64,000 bases of DNA, from positions 422,096,001 through 422,160,000 of the forward strand of contig OZ024740.1 of NCBI GenBank assembly GCA_964016885.1, written 5' to 3'. The notes under the pieces were generated by a model. It searched no databases. It was not told the DNA's origin and worked only from the letters and a program-made list of their open reading frames with translations. Shown here piece by piece: positions 1 through 10,745 of this stretch. Source of the DNA: Eledone cirrhosa. Its lineage: Eukaryota. The position numbers and the translations under genes were made by a program. Position 1 is the first letter of the stretch. Each line of letters begins with the position of its first letter.

Positions 1-1
1 T

Positions 2-691
2 AGCTGGTACAACCCTCCCTTCAATAGAGAGGTCTCTACGCCGATAGCTAGGATTTTCTTCACTTTGCTGAAAACACACTTCCCCATACAACATAGGTAC
101 TACACCATCTTTAATAAGAACACAATAAGACTCTCCTACTCCACCACACCTAGCCTAGCTAGGAATATAGCCAACCACAATTCTAAAAAATTAAATAAGC
201 CAACCACCTCCGAACCCAATCCCCGGACTGGGGCCTTGTGTAATTGCCTAAATAAGGAAGCCTGCCCACTTGAAAACAAATGCCTGACAAATGATATCGT
301 ATACAAATGCGATGTCATCTCAGGCACCGATGATTGCAACAACAAAAAGACTTACATCGGCATGACTTCCAATAACTTTAAGACCCGTTTGTATGCCCAT
401 ACCCACTCCTTCAGAAGACCGGACAAATCAAACCAGACAACACTCGCCTCCTATGTTTGGGACCTCAAAAGGAACTCCACCACCTTCACGCTTAAATGGA
501 AAATACTCCAGAAAGCGCGCTCTTACAACGGAGGACACAAGGGTTGCGACCTTTGTATCTCAGAGAGCTATGAAATTTTATTCGCCAAGGGCCCGCTACT
601 GAACAAACTCTCTGAACACTGCCCGAACTGCATGCACAAGAACTTTGCAACTTTCAAACACCTTAAGCCAGTGTTAAAGCCTGATGGCTAA
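2..691 (+). CDS. C-terminal part of a Penelope-like retroelement ORF (linker + GIY-YIG endonuclease), open from the window edge; possibly Naiad-type
   Basis: Frame 2 is open from base 2 (SWYNPPFNREV...) into the 208-aa ORF. It has a CxC-x5-C-x5-C linker (CNCLNKEACPLENKC), GIY-YIG motifs IVYK...YIGMT, the catalytic R (FKTRLYAH), and C-terminal CDLCISE...LLNK.SE...CMH. Confidence 0.9.
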   Translation, partial: SWYNPPFNREVSTPIARIFFTLLKTHFPIQHRYYTIFNKNTIRLSYSTTPSLARNIANHNSKKLNKPTTSEPNPRTGALCNCLNKEACPLENKCLTNDIVYKCDVISGTDDCNNKKTYIGMTSNNFKTRLYAHTHSFRRPDKSNQTTLASYVWDLKRNSTTFTLKWKILQKARSYNGGHKGCDLCISESYEILFAKGPLLNKLSEHCPNCMHKNFATFKHLKPVLKPDG

Positions 692-875
692 AAACGACTT
701 CCCCCGTTTAGCCCCTCTACCTCCTTCCCACACCACCAACACCTCTCCTCAACCTGAAATACGGCCACTATGGTTATATGAGTACCTCTTACCTATCTGC
801 TTTTTCTACGTTTTCTGCCTGTAGAGCTGTTTTTATGTGCCTGTGTATATGCGTATATTTATTGAGTACTTATTT

Positions 876-1470
<595 letters not shown>

Positions 1471-1763
1471 AAAACAAATAACGAAACGAAATTAAATTTC
1501 GTTTCGTTTGTAACTCACTTTTGTATGACTGACGCTTAAACAATTAAGTTAAAGATGTACATCCATATATGTATACTGAAATACTAGTATGTATATGAAT
1601 ACACACACGTATACATATGTAGATGTACCAAGTTTTTTCACTGGTCACTTTACTGTGAGTGGCCAGCTATTCTGTATGTAAACACACAGACAAACCGGTT
1701 TTTAGAGTCATACTGGTTTTTGAGGAAACACCTTTCCTCTATTCTCCAGAAAGCCAGACAAGG

Positions 1764-1808
1764 AATATTGAACTAGTTTCGTTGTTGTTACAACTCATCA
1801 GCAATATT
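1764..1808 (-). ncRNA. Minimal type-I hammerhead ribozyme motif (mirror copy of 2556-2600)
   Basis: Exact reverse complement of the motif at 2556-2600. Confidence 0.85.
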
Positions 1809-2555
1809 TACCTATCTTCCGGCCTCTCTAGAGAATCGTAAAAGCACATATCGTTATATGCTTTTTCTATGAAAATTAGTAGTGGGCAGACTAATTTGCA
1901 TAGAGTGTGAGTAAGTACCGGTTCAACGGAGACGATAAAAACAAATAACGAAACGAAATTAAATTTCGTTTCGTTTGTAACTCACTTTTGTATGACTGAC
2001 GCTTAAACAATTAAGTTAAAGATGTACATCCATATATGTATACTGAAATACTAGTATGTATATGAATACACACACGTATACATATGTAGATGTACCAAGT
2101 TTTTTCACTGGTCACTTTACTGTGAGTGGCCAGCTATTCTGTATGTAAACACACAGACAAACCGGTTTTTAGAGTCAAAACTCTAAAAACTCTAAAAACC
2201 GGTTTGTCTGTGTGTTTACATACAGAATAGCTGGCCACTCACAGTAAAGTGACCAGTGAAAAAACTTGGTACATCTACATATGTATACGTGTGTGTATTC
2301 ATATACATACTAGTATTTCAGTATACATATATGGATGTACATCTTTAACTTAATTGTTTAAGCGTCAGTCATACAAAAGTGAGTTACAAACGAAACGAAA
2401 TTTAATTTCGTTTCGTTATTTGTTTTTATCGTCTCCGTTGAACCGGTACTTACTCACACTCTATGCAAATTAGTCTGCCCACTACTAATTTTCATAGAAA
2501 AAGCATATAACGATATGTGCTTTTACGATTCTCTAGAGAGGCCGGAAGATAGGTA

Positions 2556-2600
2556 AATATTGCTGATGAGTTGTAACAACAACGAAACTAGTTCAATATT
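2556..2600 (+). ncRNA. Minimal type-I hammerhead ribozyme motif
   Basis: Stem I AATATTG/CAATATT, core CTGATGA, stem II GTTG/CAAC, GAAA, palindromic stem III ACTAGT, cleavage triplet GUU. Confidence 0.85.
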
Positions 2601-2865
2601 CCTTGTCTGGCTTTCTGGAGAATAGAGGAAAGGTGTTTCCTCAAAAACCAGTATGACTCTAAAAACCGGTTTGTCTGTGTGTTTACATACAGAATAGCTG
2701 GCCACTCACAGTAAAGTGACCAGTGAAAAAACTTGGTACATCTACATATGTATACGTGTGTGTATTCATATACATACTAGTATTTCAGTATACATATATG
2801 GATGTACATCTTTAACTTAATTGTTTATATATATATAGATATATATGTATGTATGTATGTATATG

Positions 2866-3469
2866 TCAGGTCACCAGTTGGTGCTACTGGTAACATGTAT
2901 CCCAGTACAACGTGTCCCATGGTCTGGTCGTTGGCGACTAAACTGGCAACCCCACCAAGGTTTCTTGGTGAGGAGGGTGACTTTGGACATCCTGCAGGAC
3001 TAAAAACAAAACCTGTCAAAGGGCAAAGGAGCTCTTAAGAGTCAATGGCCATCCAAAATCACCGAGATGACCCCTTAGCCTTTGTCAAGGCAGAATTCTA
3101 GGAGAAGGAAAACTCTGATATAACACCTGCAACCCTGGTGGTATCCAATGATGTTGACTTGTTCTTCTTTTTGGTAAATATCATCTTGGTTAAGAGAGTG
3201 GGACTGGCTTTGTGCAGTGCCTTTGCTCACTATAAAAGCTTCACGGCACAGGCATTGCTTTTTATCTGGAGATCTCTCTGCACTTGTCGTCACATGGTAC
3301 CATGGGCCCAGCACTATGTGTCAATAATTGTCACAAGTGTAGTGTTTGTACAAGAGTTTTCAAGTCGCTGGCTGGACTAAAAAGTCTCACTTGTTCAGCG
3401 CATCGGTAGGAGTTCTCCTACATGGATATAAAGTAGTGGCCGTACTCGAAAACGAGTTGGCAGCCACCA
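2866..3469 (+). mobile_element. Non-autonomous RTE-derived (SINE-like) element, copy 1
   Basis: Near-identical to 7046-7542 and 9868-10476. The 3' part encodes a remnant of the RTE/BovB C-terminal C2H2 motif (CSxCxRVFKSLAGLKS) and ends in a CTCGAAAACGAG hairpin plus GCCACCA. Confidence 0.75.
2869..2946 (+). ncRNA. Candidate HDV-like ribozyme at the 5' end of the RTE-derived element
   Basis: Nested pairings P1 GGTCA/TGGTC, P2 CCAGT/ACTGG, P3 TGG/CCA, P4 TCG/CGA and J4/2 CTAA, with an extra TACTGG/CCAGTA hairpin in L3. P1.1 is disrupted in this copy. Confidence 0.4.
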
Positions 3470-4267
3470 AGAAATGAAGGAGTGAGACTTCTTGAATTTT
3501 GTGATGCGGGTACATTGACTATTTGCAACACAAACTTCCAGAAACCTGCCAATCACCTAATAACCTACAAATCTGGTGAGCACATAAGCCAGATTGACTT
3601 CCTGCTAGTTAGGCAGCGGGACAGGCAGATAGTGTCTAATACCAAGGCATACCCTGGGGAAGAATGTACCCCACAGCATAGGTTAGTTGTTAGTGATATC
3701 TCAGTAAGCAAGAGATGGAATGAGACATATAGGAAGGTGTGGAGAAGAAAGGTCTGGAAGCTAAAAGACCTTTCACTAAAATACAAATTTAGGAAAGCCC
3801 TTCAAGATGTGTATGACGAAAAAGAAGACGATTTAGAGACGTATGACATAGATAATAACTGGAATTTCTTACATGACAACTTGCTGCAGGCTACTGATGA
3901 AACCTGTGGCTGGAGCAGAGCTCCAACCAGACAGAGAGTGACCTGGTGGTGGAACAGCACAGTAGATAAGGCTATTAGAGACAAAAGACTAGCATGGAAG
4001 GCTTGGAAAAAGGGTGGGAGTAGGGAAGAATATACAGCCACTAAGAGAGAAGCTAGATGTCAGGTGTACTTAGCACACAGGGAGGCAGAGAGTAGGAGGT
4101 TTGCCAATGTTCTGCGACGGGAATATCAGAGGCGTGCGGTGTTCCACATTGCAAAGCAGTGTGTCAATGCAAATCAGGATGTTGTTGGAGATAAATGTGT
4201 CCGGGATGATCCCGGTGTACTTAGTGTCACAAATGATCAGAAAAAGGAGGCCTGGAAATGTCATTGA
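3470..4267 (+). pseudogene. RTE ORF part 1: AP-endonuclease C-terminal half and linker
   Basis: RNEGVRLLEFC, CNTNFQK, ITYKSG...SQIDFLLV, PQHRLVV, TWWWN. It ends at a frameshift near 4265 (KEAWKCH*). Confidence 0.9.
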
Positions 4268-6023
4268 GGGACTGATGAATGTGGAGAACGAATGGGAGAG
4301 AGAGAAATTACCCTTGGTGGATCCGACAGAGGGACCAGCTATTGAGATTGACGAATATAGGGTCCAAGAGGCGATTAGGGAAATGAAAAATGGTAAGGCT
4401 GCCGGACCATCGGGAATAGTTGCTGAGATGCTGAAGGCATCAGGGGACGTAGGCACTAAACTGGTTGCACGCATCATCAATCAGGCTATATATGGTGGTG
4501 TCATACCCAAAGACTGGTGCAGCAGTATTCTCATAAATTGCTACAAAGGTAAAGGAGATGCTTTGCAGAGGAGCAATTATAGGGGTATAAAACTGATAGA
4601 TCAGGTTATGAAAGTGGCAGAAAGGATTTTAGCACAACTAATTAGAGAAAGGGTCAAACTAGATGAGATGCAGTTTGGTTTTGTGCCTGGGAAGAGTACA
4701 ACAGATGCCCTCTTCTTGGTGAGACGATTGCAAGAGAGGTTCTTAGAGAAGAATAAACCACTATACTTAGCCTTTGTTGACCTAGAGAAGGCCTTTGATA
4801 GGGTACCCCGATCTGTCATCTGGTGGTCCCTAAGGAAGCTAGGTGTTGAGGAATGGCTTGTGAGGACAGTGCAAACTTTGTACAGAGGTACTCTCAGTAA
4901 AGTCAGGGTAGGAATGGAGTTTAGTGAGGAATTCCAGATACAAGTAGGAGTACATCAGGGTTCAGTCCTCAGCCCGCTCTTGTTCATTATAGTCCTCCAA
5001 GCCATAACAGAGGAGTTTAAGACTGGCTGTCCATGGGAACTTCTCTATGCTGACGATCTGGTTCTTATAGCAGAATCAGTAGAGGAGCTAGAGAATAAAT
5101 TCTGGCTATGGAAACAGCAGTTAGAAGCAAGAGGACTGAGAGTGAATCTAGCTAAGACAAAAGTGTTGATGAGTAAAAAAGAGGACAAAACCCTGATTCC
5201 GCCAGGGAAATGGCCATCTTCGATATGCAGAAAAGGAACTAGCATAAATTCTATAAAATGCACACAATGCAGATCCTGGGTACACAAGAGATGTAGCGGG
5301 ATAGCAGGCAAACTAACAGGCAGGGAGAAATATGTATGCAGTAGATGTACAGGGAAATTAGACAGTAGAAGTCGCACTGATAGACATATTTTTCAAATGC
5401 AAGAGGGCGCTATAGAAGTGGAGGATAGCTTCCGGGACCTAGGAGATCAGATTAGCATGGGAGGAGGGTCTTCCGAGGCCATAGTATCTAGAATAAGGAC
5501 GGGTTGGAAGAAGTTTAGGGAGCTGCTTCCTCTGTTGACGAAGAAGGGTTTCTCCCTGCGTACGAAAGGCCGGTTGTATGATGCCTGTGTGAGGAGCGCG
5601 ATGCTGCATGGCAGTGAGACATGGGCAGCAACTGCAGAGGATATGCGACGGCTGGAGAGAAAAGAAGCAAGCATGCTCCGTTGGATGTGCAGTGTAAATG
5701 TGCGTGAACGACCCAGCATAAATGTGTTGACAGAGAAACTGTGTCTGAGAGGGATAGAATGTAGTGTACGGGAGAGGAGACTGAGATGGTATGGACATGT
5801 GATGCGCATGGAGGATGACCGATGGGTGAAGAAGTGCCAGGAATTGCCAGTTGAAGGAAGACGTAGTAGAGGTAGACCACGAAAACCATGGGCGGAGGTG
5901 GTGAGAACAGACCTCAGATCATTGAAGCTCATGGTGGAGATGATGAGGGACCGTGACGAGTGGAGAGATGCTGTGCTGAATAAGACCCGTCCCACCCTTG
6001 CAAGCAGGGAAAAGCGGACGTAA
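4268..6023 (+). pseudogene. RTE ORF part 2: reverse transcriptase with embedded PHD-like finger
   Basis: KAAGPSGI, NYRGIKL, QFGFVPG.STTDA, FVDLEKAFD, GVHQGSVLSP, LLYADD (5046). The ORF-track N-terminus 4101-4267 is out-of-frame filler. Confidence 0.93.
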
Positions 6024-6024
6024 A

Positions 6025-6061
<37 letters not shown>
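6025..6061 (+). repeat. (ATG/GAT)n tail of the RTE element
   Basis: About 12 ATG units immediately after the TAA stop. Confidence 0.95.
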
Positions 6062-6062
<1 letters not shown>

Positions 6063-6274
6063 ATGTGTGTACATGTGTGTGTGTGTGTGTATATATGTGT
6101 ATATGCATGTATATGTATGTTTTTGTGTATGTGTGTATATGTGTATATGTATGTGTATGTATGTGTGTATTTGTGTGTGTATTTATGTATATATGTATGT
6201 GTGTATGTATGTGTGTATTTGTGTGTGTATTTATGTATATATGTACGTGTGTATGTCTGTGTGTGTATGTGTGA

Positions 6275-6324
<50 letters not shown>

Positions 6325-6480
6325 GTGTGTGTATGTGTATGTATGTGTATATATATATATATATATATGCGTGTATATATATGTATATATGCATACATGT
6401 GTATGTGTGTATATATGTATATATATATATATGTATATATGTGTATGTATGTGTATATATATATATATATGTGTGTGTGT
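6062..6480. repeat. Compound (TA)n/(TG)n microsatellite
   Basis: Direct reading. Confidence 0.95.
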
Positions 6481-6553
6481 CCTACGCCATCTTCTAAAGA
6501 TGGCGTAGGACAGAACAAAGGAGAGGCACAAAAAACAAAGAAAAGAATCCCCA

Positions 6554-6596
6554 GTCACTGAAGAGGTCACAGAATGTGTGACGAAAGAACTTTGAC
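6554..6596 (+). ncRNA. Minimal type-I hammerhead ribozyme motif in a hairpin-rich pLTR-like remnant (6480-6790)
   Basis: Stem I GTCA/TGAC, core CTGAAGA plus an extra G, stem II GTCACA/TGTGAC, GAAA, stem III AG-aa-CT, triplet CUU. Confidence 0.7.
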
Positions 6597-6784
6597 AATA
6601 TATAAACAACCATCTGGTTGTTTATATATTATTGTTTATATATTATTGTTTACATCTGGTTGTGGAACCAACCAACCAACCGGAAATTTATAAATTCCTA
6701 AATTTATAAATTTATTATAATAAATTGAAGTGAAAGCAACTGGTGCGTGTGTTTCTTATTGGCAACATGACCCTCCCAAAGTAT

Positions 6785-6788
<4 letters not shown>

Positions 6789-6848
<60 letters not shown>

Positions 6849-6881
6849 ATGTGTGTATATGTATATATATGTATGTGTGTG

Positions 6882-6916
<35 letters not shown>

Positions 6917-7045
6917 TGTATATGTGTATATATATATATATATGTGTGTATATGTATGTATATGTGTATGTATGTGTATATGTTTGTATATGTGTACACA
7001 CACATGTGTGTATGTGTGTATATGTATGTATATATGTATGTATGT
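6789..7045. repeat. Compound (TA)n/(TG)n microsatellite
   Basis: Direct reading. Confidence 0.95.
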
Positions 7046-7542
7046 GGGTGACTTTGGACATCCTGCAGGACTAAATACAAAACCTGTCAAAGGGCAAAGG
7101 AGCTCTTAAGAGTCAATGGCCATCCAAAATCACCGGGAGAGATGACCCCTTAGCCTTTGTCAAGGCAGAATTCTAGGAGAAGGAAAACTCTCATATAACA
7201 CCTGCAACCCTGATGGTATCCAATGATGTTGACTTGTTCTTCTTTTTGGTAAATATCATCTTGGTTAAGAGAGTGGGACTGGCTTTGTGCAGTGCCTTTG
7301 CTCACTATAAAAGCTTCACGGCACAGGCATTGCTTTATATCTGGAGATCTCTCTGCACTTGTCGTCACATGGTACCATGGGCCCAGCACTATGTGCCAAT
7401 AATTGTCACAAGTGTAGTGATTGTGCCAGAGTTTTCAAGTCCCTGGCTGGACTAAAAAGTCACTCGTTCAGCACATCGGTAGGGGTTCTCCTACATGGAT
7501 ATAAAGTAGTGGCCGTACTCGAAAACGAGTTGGCAGCCACCA
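7046..7542 (+). mobile_element. Non-autonomous RTE-derived element, copy 2 (5'-truncated by ~110 bp)
   Basis: Matches copy 1 from GGGTGACTTTGG onward with the same 3' end. ORF 7359-7634 shows CHKCSDCARVFKSLAGLKSH. Confidence 0.8.
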
Positions 7543-7766
7543 TGTATATATATATATGTATTAAGGGTACTATTTATGGTTATGTATGCAATAAAACCTT
7601 TGATGGTAATATATTATATATACACAAACCCTAAATAGTGAGAGATAGTCTTTAATTACTATCCTATTACCAGTAAGATAAATAACTCAATGTAATAACA
7701 TCAGCTGTTATACAGAGCAGTTATATAGAGATTACAGTAATCAAAGTTCAGTTTAAGTCATTTATT

Positions 7767-7813
7767 TGCTTACAATTGTTTCCTCCAAACCGAGGTTTGG
7801 ATTCTTCGGAGCA
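7767..7813 (-). ncRNA. Variant minimal hammerhead motif (mirror of 9154-9200)
   Basis: Same motif on the minus strand, with a perfect stem II TCCAAAC/GTTTGGA. Confidence 0.65.
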
Positions 7814-9153
7814 GTTATTTATAACATACTTGACCTCCTTTTCAACCCAAGAGACACATAAAACATATGCGCATATTGATCAACAGTGGGGTGACATTCA
7901 TCAAATGAAATAGCATGGCAATTTACATATAAAGTGTTACATGATAAAAATAAAGTGTTACATGATAAAAATAAAATAAAATAAAAGCAAGAGTGAAAAT
8001 AAAGATAAACATGAAGCGTTGGCAGTCTATGAAGATAAAGCAAGAGGAAAGCTTAGAGTAGTCAGTGCATGAAGCAATCTCCCGTGTAGCATGCACGCTT
8101 GTCTTATCCATACATGATTAGAGTGCGTCAGAATGATATTTGCAGGGTCATGCAGTTGAAGCAGGCAATTGATCTTATAATATAGGCTGAATTATTAAGT
8201 CATTTATTCTCATACATCTGTATGATATACAGTCTCGGATGCGGGGAAACACCAAAATATCAAAAACTTTCAACATACTATAAACCTTATTGTATCGTAG
8301 GCAAGGCCGTACCACTGTCCTTGCTCACACCACCACTCACATAATCCATGAGACGCAATATATATATAGAGAACATGCGTCTATCGTATAATTCGCAGTG
8401 GTTCAGCATATAGTCAAGCTATAAACGGTATCCAGTCGGTTCTTAATTAATATATCATGCTGTCCAAATTCCGGAAGTGCCTGAATGATTAAGGGGAACT
8501 AATGCGTAAGGGGAGGTAACTAGCTAGTTATTTTAGTTACATTACTATGCTAAACTACATTAATGGTGATTCAAATACGTGCCTATCATGTGAAGTTATA
8601 ACTAATATCTAGAGTATGTTACCCATTTATAGGTTAGAGAGTTGTTCATTAAGAAGTACAAGGGTGCATATACTAGGATGTTGAAAGTTTTTGATATTTT
8701 GGTGTTTCCCCGCATCCGAGACTGTATATCAGAGACTGTATATCATACAGATGTATGAGAATAAATGACTTAATAATTCAGCATATATTATAAGATCAAT
8801 TGCCTGCTTCAACTGCATGACCCTGCAAATATCATTCTGACGCACTCTAATCATGTATGGATAAGACAAGCGTGCATGCTACACGGAGATTGCTTCATGC
8901 ACTGACTACTCTAAGCTTTCCTCTTGCTTTATCTTCATAGACTGCCAACGCTTCATGTTTATCTTTATTTTCACTCTTGCTTTTATTTTATTTTATTTTT
9001 ATCATGTAACACTTTATTTTTATCATGTAACACTTTATATGTAAATTGCCATGCTATTTCATTTGATGAATGTCACCCCACTGTTGATCAATATGCGCAT
9101 ATGTTTTATGTGTCTCTTGGGTTGAAAAGGAGGTCAAGTATGTTATAAATAAC

Positions 9154-9200
9154 TGCTCCGAAGAATCCAAACCTCGGTCTGGAGGAAACAATTGTAAGCA
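9154..9200 (+). ncRNA. Variant minimal hammerhead motif (CCGAAGA core)
   Basis: Stem I TGCT/AGCA, core CCGAAGA, stem II TCCAAAC/GTCTGGA flanked by A and G, GAAA, palindromic stem III ACAATTGT, triplet GUA. Confidence 0.65.
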
Positions 9201-9426
9201 AATAAATGACTTAAACTGAACTTTGATTACTGTAATCTCTATATATATATATGTATATATTTGTATATATGTATATATATATATATAGTTAGAGAAGCAA
9301 AAAATTGCTTATTGTGATCCAGTTCTTGGTTAAGAAAGCCAGTTTCATGGATGGTTTCAACGTATTGTTAGGGGTAACTCCACAAGTTTGTAAGAATTCC
9401 GTTCAATCTTGGAGTATAAAGTATAA

Positions 9427-9641
9427 AAGAGAAAACACAGGTAAGCATTAAGAGAAGGATTTTGTCCAGGTATTTACGACCGTTTCATTGGTAAGTGCAA
9501 CCTTATATTGCTATACTGTGAACAACAATTATAATTGAGTGGCTGCTATTTGCAGTAGAGCAATATAAGGTTGCACTTACCAATGAAACGGTCGTAAGTA
9601 CCTGGATAAAATCCTTCTCTTAATGCTTACCTGTGTTTTCT

Positions 9642-9644
<3 letters not shown>
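9427..9644. repeat. Fold-back: 92-bp inverted arms (9427-9518 and 9553-9644), 34-bp spacer
   Basis: The arms are reverse complements with about 3 mismatches. They contain GAAAC-G-GTC, resembling the 3' half of a hammerhead. Confidence 0.9.
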
Positions 9645-9690
<46 letters not shown>

Positions 9691-9779
9691 ATATGTATAT
9701 ATATATATGTATATATGTGTATATATGTATATATGGTTTTATGTGTGTGTATATGTATATATACATGTATATGTATGTG

Positions 9780-9834
<55 letters not shown>

Positions 9835-9867
9835 GTATGTATATATGTATATATATATGTATGTATG
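9645..9867. repeat. Compound (TA)n/(TATG)n microsatellite
   Basis: Direct reading. Confidence 0.95.
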
Positions 9868-10476
9868 TCAGGTCACCACTTGGTGCTACTGGTAACATGT
9901 ATCCCAGTACAACCTGTCTCATGGTCGGGTCGTTGGCGACTAAACTGGCAACCCCACTAAGGTTTCTTGGTGAGGAGGGTGACTTTGGACATCCTGCAGG
10001 ACTAAAAACAAAACCTGTCAAAGGGCAAAGGAGCTCTTAAGAGTCAATGGCCATCCAAAATCACTGGGAGAGATGACCCCTTAGCCTTTGTCAAGGCAGA
10101 ATTCAAGGAGAAGGAAAACTCTGATATAACACCTGCAACCCTTGATGGTATCCAATGATGTTGACTTGTTCTTCTTTTTGGTAAATATCATCTTGGTTAA
10201 GAGAGTGGGACTGGCTTTGTGCAGTGCCTTTGCTCACTATAAAAGCTTTACGGCACAGGCATTGCTTTATATCTGGAGATCTCTCTGCACTTGCCGTCAC
10301 ATGGTACCATGGGCCCAGCACTATGTGTCAATAATTGTCACAAGTGTAGTGTTTGTACCAGAGTTTTCAAGTCGCTGGCTGGACTAAAAAGTCACACTCG
10401 TTCAGCGCATCGGTAGGGGTTCTCCTACATGGATATAAAGTAGTGGCCGTACTCGAAAACGAGTTGGCAGCCACCA
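9868..10476 (+). mobile_element. Non-autonomous RTE-derived element, copy 3 (full length)
   Basis: Same 5' start (TCAGGTCACC) and 3' end (GCAGCCACCA) as copy 1; flanked by TA-rich microsatellite on both sides. Confidence 0.8.
9871..9948 (+). ncRNA. Candidate HDV-like ribozyme (copy 3)
   Basis: Same fold as 2869-2946 with an intact P1.1 (CC in CAACCTG pairing with GG after TGGTC) and one mismatch in P2. Confidence 0.45.
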
Positions 10477-10478
10477 TA

Positions 10479-10509
<31 letters not shown>

Positions 10510-10556
10510 GTGTGTATGTGTGTATGTATGTGTGTATATGTGTATATGTATGTGTG

Positions 10557-10599
<43 letters not shown>
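10477..10599. repeat. (TA)n/(TG)n microsatellite
   Basis: Direct reading. Confidence 0.95.
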
Positions 10600-10745
10600 G
10601 GAATAGGCAGACCCAGAAAAACCTGGGACGAGCTGATAAACTCCGACCTCACACAATTACACCTCACCAAGACAATGTCACTGGACCGAGACCTTTGGCG
10701 GTACTCAGTAATAGAGAAGACCCGCCTTACCTAAATACAAAGTAA
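10600..10745 (+). mobile_element. Short 3'-end fragment of a second RTE family
   Basis: [15 protein letters not shown]...[14 protein letters not shown] parallels the C-terminus of the 3470-6061 RTE but is diverged at the DNA level. Confidence 0.8.

Larger units (their letters stand above)
3470..6061 (+). mobile_element. 5'-truncated RTE-clade non-LTR retrotransposon (LINE) with (GAT)n tail
   Basis: APE endonuclease C-half, then RT, then RTE C-terminal motifs ([22 protein letters not shown]). A short tandem-repeat tail follows directly after the stop codon. Confidence 0.95.
7722..9245. repeat. Long inverted repeat (arms ~7722-8280 and ~8674-9245, ~390-bp spacer), probable PLE pLTR fold-back
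   Basis: Identical 74-aa ORFs at 7819-8043 (-) and 8924-9148 (+). The arms differ by a few substitutions, a 1-bp indel and a ~14-bp tandem duplication in the right arm. Confidence 0.92.

Noticed and set aside
660-875. SECIS element after the PLE ORF
   Set aside because: No AUGA/GA kink-turn with a proper helix was found, and there is no in-frame UGA in the visible ORF.
1520-1620. Additional degenerate hammerhead-like strings in repeat unit A (CTGACG.., CTGAAAT..) and near 2614-2655
   Set aside because: Core bases or GAAA are missing; too degenerate to call.
1659-9148. Duplicated small ORFs (60 aa, 74 aa, 79-81 aa) as real genes
   Set aside because: They have no recognisable domains and are by-products of repeated non-coding elements.
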